From Oligoflexales bacterium (GTDB lineage Bacteria; Bdellovibrionota_B; Oligoflexia; Oligoflexales; Bog-1112), in NCBI GenBank assembly GCA_045105515.1, contig JBGCDR010000114.1:1-12797 (forward strand): a DNA stretch of 12,797 nucleotides, written 5' to 3'. The notes below the pieces were generated by a model. The model had not been told where the DNA came from. It made no database searches and saw only the letters and a list, made by a program, of their open reading frames with translations. Positions 6,879-12,797 of the stretch are shown here, in pieces. Made by a program: the position numbers and the translations under genes. How positions within the stretch are numbered: position 1 is the first letter of the stretch; each line of letters opens with the position of its first letter.

Positions 6879-9005
6879 ATGAAGCTGCTTAAGATTGTAT
6901 GTATTTTAATGATTCTGACTAGCTGCAAACCCATGGACACAGAACCTAAGATTAGCAGCATTCAGGAAGTGGAAATTGCGCCTGTTGTCAAAAAAGAAGC
7001 TGGTAAAACCGTTGCAGCTATTTCCTCGGATTATACTAAACCACAAAAACTTAGTGCAAGTGAGTCTAGTGACTTGGGTCAGAGTAATGCAGTTTTTCGC
7101 CCCGGAGCTCTTGCCACTCAAAGTGAAGTCAGTATTGAAGAAGGCCTTGATATTGTCGACTCAAATTCGAAAAAGCAGCTTGGATTAGAGAATGATTATA
7201 TTCCATTCAGCAAACCATTAAATATCAACTCCTCTACAGAGATAGATGGGAATGTACCTCTAAGTATTGCCTTGGAACTTAATGAAACCCTCTCACTTTC
7301 AGCTAGCAAGGGTAAGATTTTTATTGTCATCTATATCCTTGAAACTAATTTTGGTCCCAAGTTAGGGGTGGTACCCACTACAGATATTACTGTGAGTGAT
7401 CTGATAGCCAGCTTTGATTTTACCACCGAAGGCAGTTACACTAAGGCCTCATTTCAATTGGCAGCTTTTAAGTTTTCAGGAGCCCTTTTTAATGAAATGG
7501 ATTCTAGTCGCAGTGTTAGGCCGAGAGATGGTTTTTTAGATGAATCAGCTGAATCAGACCAGGACTCTCATGTTAAGAATCTAGCTGAAATTCAGACCTG
7601 TCCTGAAATAGATCCAGGAAAAATTGAATCTGGTGTTGAAATTTGTGGGGTCTTAGGAACTTTAGACCTTAGCAATTTACAGGCAAAATACCTTCTTTCG
7701 GGAAGAACCATAGGGGGAGTAAAAGGAGAGCTTATACAGGCAAGCTATGAAGAATGTAACTCTGATGGTCAGGAAAACTGTTTGTCAAACCCATCTTTTC
7801 CTGCTGTCGATATAACTTCTCTAGCATCTAAAGTTGTATCAGGTCAAACAGTTGCAGGGATTCAAGGTAGTATCATTAATACAGTTTATAGTGAATGTAC
7901 CTCAGCAAATCAAGAAGGCTGCGTGGCTACAAGCACCTACAAAACCATGGATTTATCTACAAAAAATGCTGGTGGAGCAGAAGATCTTACTGATTCTATG
8001 TTTACTACTCGCATGCAATCTTCAGCTACTTTCGAATACTGGGACGAGCAAGGTGTGAGGCATACTAATTCAGGTGACGCTGATATTATTGCAGCAAATG
8101 TCCTATCTGGTACTGAGGTCTTCGGGGTTACCGGCACGGCAAACCCTCCCCCTGATTGTTCTGCGATTGGAGTAGGTGGCACCTGGATCTTGGTACCGGG
8201 AGATTCGGATTATGGCACCAGCAACTTTTGCGTGATGAAGTACGAAGCTAAGTGCTCATTTTCAGATGGACAAACTTGCACCGCTAATATGGGTAGTGAA
8301 ATTCCTAGCTCTACAAATGCAAATACCCCTTGGGTATTAATTTCACAACAGGATTCTAAGACGGAATGTACCTCACTTGGTAAGGGCTATCATCTTATCA
8401 CTAACAATGTATGGATGACTATTGGAGCTAATATTGCCAATGTGGATTCTAATTGGGATGGTGGCTCAGTCGGTACAAATGAATTAGCAAGAGGTCATTC
8501 TGATGATGACCCCTCTGAAGCGTGTGCTGCTGATGCTAGTGATGCTAATGGGTATGTAGAAACTGACTGCGCTGGGATGCTCTCTGGTGATGATTTCCGG
8601 GAGAAAAGAACACACACTCTCTCTAATGGTGAGGTGATATGGGATTTTGCAGGCAATGTCTGGGAGTGGACGAGCTATTTCAATGATGAAGAAAAACCAT
8701 CAGATGATGGCACTCCCGAAGATTCTTGGGAGGATTATTCCTTACCGCTTGTTGGTACCACAACAATGCCAGTTTCATACCTGATTCCAACCAATGCTAT
8801 TAAACCTTTTTGGGATGATACATGGGACCTAGATCAGTCTGTTGGTCGCTTTAATGCTGGGGATGACAGTTCGGGGGGAGCTCTACGTCGAGGTGGTGCC
8901 TGGGATAATTTAACAATTTCAGGCGCGTTTTCTGCAAATTTAAAGAGTTCTCCTACCATTACCTCTACAAATGTGGGGTTTCGCTGTGCTGTAGCTGTTC
9001 CCTAA
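6879..9005 (+). CDS. Lipoprotein with fibre-like Gly repeats and a C-terminal FGE-sulfatase/C-type-lectin-fold domain (putative adhesin)
   Basis: Signal peptide with lipobox LTS-C16. Four xxxhxSGxxhxGhxG repeats. C-terminal motifs FCVMKYE, PWVLIS, HLITNNVW, IWDFAGNVWEW, RGGAW and GFRC, typical of FGE-type CLec domains. Confidence 0.85.
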   Translation: MKLLKIVCILMILTSCKPMDTEPKISSIQEVEIAPVVKKEAGKTVAAISSDYTKPQKLSASESSDLGQSNAVFRPGALATQSEVSIEEGLDIVDSNSKKQLGLENDYIPFSKPLNINSSTEIDGNVPLSIALELNETLSLSASKGKIFIVIYILETNFGPKLGVVPTTDITVSDLIASFDFTTEGSYTKASFQLAAFKFSGALFNEMDSSRSVRPRDGFLDESAESDQDSHVKNLAEIQTCPEIDPGKIESGVEICGVLGTLDLSNLQAKYLLSGRTIGGVKGELIQASYEECNSDGQENCLSNPSFPAVDITSLASKVVSGQTVAGIQGSIINTVYSECTSANQEGCVATSTYKTMDLSTKNAGGAEDLTDSMFTTRMQSSATFEYWDEQGVRHTNSGDADIIAANVLSGTEVFGVTGTANPPPDCSAIGVGGTWILVPGDSDYGTSNFCVMKYEAKCSFSDGQTCTANMGSEIPSSTNANTPWVLISQQDSKTECTSLGKGYHLITNNVWMTIGANIANVDSNWDGGSVGTNELARGHSDDDPSEACAADASDANGYVETDCAGMLSGDDFREKRTHTLSNGEVIWDFAGNVWEWTSYFNDEEKPSDDGTPEDSWEDYSLPLVGTTTMPVSYLIPTNAIKPFWDDTWDLDQSVGRFNAGDDSSGGALRRGGAWDNLTISGAFSANLKSSPTITSTNVGFRCAVAVP
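7614..8138 (+). repeat. Intragenic peptide repeats: four 16-aa Gly motifs, two of them within a tandem 47-aa unit carrying a C-x7-C module
   Basis: PGKIESGVEICGVLGT (7614), AKYLLSGRTIGGVKGE (7683), ASKVVSGQTVAGIQGS (7824), AANVLSGTEVFGVTGT (8091). YEECNSDGQENC (7746) and YSECTSANQEGC (7887) are 141 nt apart, as are motifs 2 and 3. Confidence 0.8.
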
Positions 9006-9050
9006 TTTTTAATTTCTTTAACAATATTATCCCATCCAAATTTTAAACAA

Positions 9051-9068
9051 GAATCTAGGACTAGATTC
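9051..9068. promoter_or_regulatory. Perfect 8-bp inverted repeat; possible operator or hairpin
   Basis: GAATCTAG-GA-CTAGATTC between the lipoprotein stop and the iorA-like start. Confidence 0.3.
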
Positions 9069-9144
9069 ATTTATAAGCTGGTGACATTCTAGTATTTCGT
9101 AAGTAAAATTATTGCAAATATTAATAATTACAGGATTTAAAAAT

Positions 9145-9615
9145 ATGGCTGGAAACCAAACCTACAAGATTAATCTTAATGGGAACGATGTATCTGTAAC
9201 TGTTGATCCTTCCACTCCTCTATTGTGGGTAATTCGTGATGAATTGGGCTTTACTGGAACCAAGTTTGGTTGTGGGTTGTCGCAATGTGGGGCATGTACC
9301 GTACATCTTGATGGCCAAGCTGTTCGTTCATGTAGTCTTCCCATTTCTACTATTGCCAAACAAAAAGTAACTACTATCGAAGGCCTTAATGACAAGGTTA
9401 CCAAGGTAGTTCAAGATTCATGGGTTAAGCATAATACTCCACAATGTGGATACTGCCAATCTGGCCAGGTTATGGCAGCTGTAGCATTTTTAAGAAAGAA
9501 TCCCAAGCCGTCTGATGCCGAAATTAATGAAGCCATGTCAGGAAACCTCTGTCGATGTGCGAGCTATGTACGAATCCGAAGAGCTATCAAAGATGCTGCA
9601 ACAAGACTAGCTTAA
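9145..9615 (+). CDS. iorA: (2Fe-2S)-binding small subunit of an isoquinoline 1-oxidoreductase/aldehyde oxidase-type molybdoenzyme
   Basis: GTKFGCGLSQCGACTV, RSC, QCGYCQSGQ and GNLCRC supply ligands for two [2Fe-2S] clusters. ATG9145 after CAGGA is preferred to TTG9112. The symbol denotes the family; substrate unknown. Confidence 0.93.
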   Translation: MAGNQTYKINLNGNDVSVTVDPSTPLLWVIRDELGFTGTKFGCGLSQCGACTVHLDGQAVRSCSLPISTIAKQKVTTIEGLNDKVTKVVQDSWVKHNTPQCGYCQSGQVMAAVAFLRKNPKPSDAEINEAMSGNLCRCASYVRIRRAIKDAATRLA

Positions 9616-9663
9616 TATCAGCTGTTTAAAAAACTAAATCAGAAAATATAAGGGTAAATCTAT

Positions 9664-11871
9664 ATGAGTGATATTAGATCTGAACAAGAATCTATTGGAC
9701 AACTTAATCGTAGAAACTTTGTAAAGGCAGGAGCTTCTACTGGTGCCATGCTTAGTTTTGGTTTTTTTATGCCAGATACCTTGGCTTTTGCCAAGGAAAA
9801 AATGCTAGTACAGGAATCGAAGTCCTATGCTCCCAATGCTTTTGTTAGCATTTCTTCTGATAATAAGGTTAGTATTTTTGTGAAGCACCTTGAAATGGGA
9901 CAAGGGGTATTTACCGGTTTACCTACTATTTTAGCCGAGGAGCTAGAAGTTGATCTGGAGAAAATAGAGGTAAAACATGCCCCAGCAGATGCTAGCCTCT
10001 ACAACAACTTATTTTGGGGACCGACCCAAGGTACGGGTGGAAGTACAGCAACAGCAAACTCTTGGCAACAGCTCTTGACTGCTGGTGCAACAGCACGTGA
10101 GCTCTTTATTGCTGCAGCCGCAAAAAAACTGCAAGTTAATGTACAAGAACTTTATGCCGAAAAAGGGATGGTACGTAAGCGTAATAGCCAACAGGCTTTG
10201 AGTTATGGATCTCTCATTCCCATCGCGAAAACCCTCAAAGCACAAAAATCAGTAAAACTTAAAAATAAATCCGCCTACAAGTTGATAGGACGTGATGTAA
10301 CGCGTTTGGATGGGAGAGAAAAAACCAATGGAAAAGCCCAATTTGCCCTTGATATCCGGCGTCCGAAAAGGATCACTGCATTAATAGCAAGGCCTACTCA
10401 TTTCGGTGCCAAAGTAAAAACCTTTGATGCTAAAGAAACTAATAAAGTGAGTGGTGTCCTAGGTGTGTATCAAGTTCCTACAGGAGTGGCTGTCTTGGCA
10501 GAAAGCTTCTGGGCAGCGAAAATGGGCCGTGATCGCCTTCGAGTGGATTGGGATCTGTCACAAGCTAATCAGCGTTCAACAAGCGATATAGAGCAAGAAT
10601 ATATAGATCTGTTGGGAAAAAGTGGTTTGAAGGTAGATCAACACGGGAAAGACATTGATCTAGCTCTGAAAAGTGCTGACCATGTAATCGAAAGAACTTA
10701 CACGGTTCCATACCTTGCTCATGCCCCTCTTGAGCCGCTTAATTGCACGATAGAATATTCCAAAAATGGAGCAAGGATCTGGAGCGGAAGTCAGAGTCAA
10801 ACCCTTGATCAGGGAGTTGCGGCAGGGATTTTAGGTCTAGAGCCAAAGCAGGTAGAGATTGAAACAACCTTAGCAGGGGGCAGTTTTGGGAGGCGAGCAA
10901 CTCCTGTTGCTGACTTAGTTGGGGAAGCAGCGCATATTCTCAAGGCTGCAAAGCAGCTGGGACGCCCCATTCATTTGGTTTATACTCGAGAAGATGATAT
11001 CCAGAGTGGTTACTACCGTCCGATGTTTGTTCATCGAGTTCAACTTGGTCTTGATAAAAATGGTGAAATCACAGCATGGAAACATCGTATCGTTGGACAA
11101 TCCCTTCTAAGAAATACCCCCTTTGCAGGAATGATTAAAAATGGAATTGATAATACTTCCGTTGAAGGTGTAGAAGGTCTTGTTTACAAGATACCTAATT
11201 TTTATGCTGATCTTCATTCCCCTGATACCAAGGTTCCAGTTCTGTGGTGGAGATCTGTGGGACATACCCATACAGCTTTTGCAGTTGAGTCTATTATTGA
11301 TGAAGCGGCAGTTTATGCTAAAAAAGATCCGATTGAGTATCGGCTTGCGCGCTTGGGAGACAATAAACGTCACATCAATGTTCTCAAGGAAGTTGCTAAA
11401 CAATCAGGTTGGAAACCAGGACGGGGTGGTAAAGGCAAGGGTTACGGCGTCTCTGTTCACAAGTCTTTTGGCAGTTACGTGGCTCAGGTCGTAGAGGTAA
11501 CGGTAATCAAGGGAAAAGTAAAGGTTGATCGAGTAAGCTGCGCCGTGGACTGTGGAGTTGCAGTCAATCCGGATATCATAAAAACTCAGATGGAAGGTGG
11601 AATTGGCTTTGCATTATCTGCTGCTTTCCATCAGGAACTCAATATGGAAGGTGGCAAGGTCGTACAATCAAACTTTCATGATTTCCCTCTATTGAAAATG
11701 AGTGAAATGCCGGAGATTGATGTATATATGATTGAGGGCGCAGATAAACCATCAGGTGTAGGGGAGCCAGGTGTTCCTCCATTATTCCCGGCAATAGCGA
11801 ATGCTATTGGAAATGCAACCGGCAAGCGTATTGAACGCTTTCCTATCAAGGATCAGTTACCGGCTGTCTAG
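9664..11871 (+). CDS. iorB: Xanthine dehydrogenase-family molybdopterin-binding subunit (IorB-like) with Tat signal
   Basis: NRRNFVK twin-arginine motif; EMGQG, TGGS, HAPLEP, LAGGSFGRR, WWRSVGH, QMEGG and GVGEPG; directly follows the 2Fe-2S subunit gene. The symbol denotes the family; substrate unknown. Confidence 0.93.
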   Translation: MSDIRSEQESIGQLNRRNFVKAGASTGAMLSFGFFMPDTLAFAKEKMLVQESKSYAPNAFVSISSDNKVSIFVKHLEMGQGVFTGLPTILAEELEVDLEKIEVKHAPADASLYNNLFWGPTQGTGGSTATANSWQQLLTAGATARELFIAAAAKKLQVNVQELYAEKGMVRKRNSQQALSYGSLIPIAKTLKAQKSVKLKNKSAYKLIGRDVTRLDGREKTNGKAQFALDIRRPKRITALIARPTHFGAKVKTFDAKETNKVSGVLGVYQVPTGVAVLAESFWAAKMGRDRLRVDWDLSQANQRSTSDIEQEYIDLLGKSGLKVDQHGKDIDLALKSADHVIERTYTVPYLAHAPLEPLNCTIEYSKNGARIWSGSQSQTLDQGVAAGILGLEPKQVEIETTLAGGSFGRRATPVADLVGEAAHILKAAKQLGRPIHLVYTREDDIQSGYYRPMFVHRVQLGLDKNGEITAWKHRIVGQSLLRNTPFAGMIKNGIDNTSVEGVEGLVYKIPNFYADLHSPDTKVPVLWWRSVGHTHTAFAVESIIDEAAVYAKKDPIEYRLARLGDNKRHINVLKEVAKQSGWKPGRGGKGKGYGVSVHKSFGSYVAQVVEVTVIKGKVKVDRVSCAVDCGVAVNPDIIKTQMEGGIGFALSAAFHQELNMEGGKVVQSNFHDFPLLKMSEMPEIDVYMIEGADKPSGVGEPGVPPLFPAIANAIGNATGKRIERFPIKDQLPAV

Positions 11872-11955
11872 TGGGTTACGTCAGCTATACTAATTATTAG
11901 CGAGTAGAGGGTTCTTCCAAAAGCAAAATAGCACGAATGGGTGTTAAGATTCACA

Positions 11956-12010
11956 AAGTCATCTCGACCGAGCCTTAGGGAGTGGAGGGATCTTCTACGA
12001 ATAATGACTT
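11956..12010. repeat. Degenerate REP-like short palindromic element between convergent genes
   Basis: AAGTCAT...ATGACTT 7-bp terminal inverted repeats enclose CTCGACCGAGCCTTAGGGAGTGGAGGGATCT, resembling GTCAT-tagged palindromic repeats. Single copy in the window. Confidence 0.4.
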
Positions 12011-12031
12011 CTTGCTTGAAAAAACTTAATT

Positions 12032-12632
12032 TCATCCAGCTTTTTTGTAGGAATCTTGCAAATATTGATCTAGCTTCCCGCTGGCCTTTAGTTTTTTAAG
12101 ACCGCTATTGAATGCATCGATGTACTTTTTTAGTTTTTTATCTTTGCGAATAATTAAATGTAGAGGTACGACTCCAAACTTTTTAGGATGGAATGTAAAT
12201 TTGTTTGCATCTTCAGAACTAAAATTGTCCCTTATGGTTGTTATCCCAACGATCCTATTGATGGGTAGTAAATCATAAGCCTGTGATCTTCGTAATAGCA
12301 TTGTGAAACCTTGTAGATCATTGTCAGTTTCGTGAATGTTAGCAAAATGCTCTTTCTTTTTTAAATATGGATCTAATTCTGCATAAGAATAGCCTCTTGT
12401 GACTAAGATATTTTTTCCGCGAAGGTCATCAAATGTTTCCCATAGTAAGGGTTTAGATTTGAGATGAAAAAACACTGATTGTGATTCAATAATTGGATCG
12501 CTAAAATAAAAGTCCTGCTGCCTTTCTTTGTTCTTAACGTATAAAATAGAGCCTATGATTGAGCTAGAATTGGATTTTGCCATTTCATAACCCCTTTTCC
12601 ACTGTGTCCATTGGTATTCCACTTTAATCCCC
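12032..12632 (-). pseudogene. Periplasmic substrate-binding protein (amino-acid-binding family 3-like), 5' part cut off by an IS30 insertion
   Basis: GIKVEYQWTQWKRGYEMAK, ERQQDFYFSDPI, DLRGKNI..TRGYSY and FNSGLKKLKASGKLDQ. No signal peptide or N-terminal strand; the frame runs into IS sequence at 12633 and meets TAA at 12649-12647. Confidence 0.85.
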
Positions 12633-12797
12633 GGCGGATTGCTAGATTAAGTGCAGAAGAAAAAATTCCATCGCTTCGGAAGGCGGATTTAGTTTAGTCT
12701 ATGAGGCTAATCTGCTTGCAAGAAAGGGGTATTTATGTCTGCCAATCTCACTTATGAGCAAAGGTATGAGATAGAGGTGCTAATCAAACGCCAATAT
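12633..12797 (+). mobile_element. Left end of an IS30-family insertion sequence
   Basis: Begins GGCGGATTGCTAGATTAAGTGCA (reverse complement TGCACTT...AATCCGCC, like IS30-family ends) exactly where the binding-protein gene breaks, and is followed by an IS30-like transposase start. Confidence 0.8.
12735..12797 (+). CDS. IS30-family transposase, first 21 codons (runs off the window)
   Basis: AAGGGG (12724-12729) then MSANLTYEQRYEIEVLIKRQY, matching the LTxEQRYxIExL start of the IS30 N-terminal HTH. Confidence 0.8.
   Translation, partial: MSANLTYEQRYEIEVLIKRQY

Noticed and set aside
8145..9005. Formylglycine-generating enzyme activity
   Set aside because: The catalytic cysteines that follow RGGS in true FGE are absent (RGGAWDNLT), and no sulfatase gene is nearby.
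6906..11494. Small ORFs nested in the lipoprotein, iorA and iorB genes
   Set aside because: Shadow ORFs of well-supported long genes with no recognisable features.

Overview
AT-rich bacterial accessory region, with no rRNA, tRNA or CRISPR array visible. The left ~5.5 kb is largely decayed. It holds an IS66 element whose transposase has two +1 frameshifts (right end near 1876), a secreted Sel1-repeat gene broken by a 1-bp deletion, and a 5'-eroded VOC/glyoxalase gene. It also holds an orphan secreted protein, a stand-alone receiver protein, and an inverted, internally deleted relic copy of the C-terminal domain of the large gene at 6879-9005 that the ORF track does not recover. The middle is intact: an orphan membrane/coiled-coil protein, a 708-aa lipoprotein, and an iorAB-like Tat-exported molybdo-hydroxylase pair. 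The lipoprotein has a lipobox, tail-fibre-like Gly repeats with Cys-pair modules, and an FGE-type C-type-lectin domain resembling DGR target proteins, but no RT or template repeat is present. At the right, a periplasmic binding-protein gene is cut by an IS30-family element that runs off the window. The most interesting signals are the fibre-plus-CLec lipoprotein with its relic paralogue, suggesting a paralogous surface-adhesin family, and the IS-associated gene decay. All family calls come from motif recognition by eye; no database searches were run.
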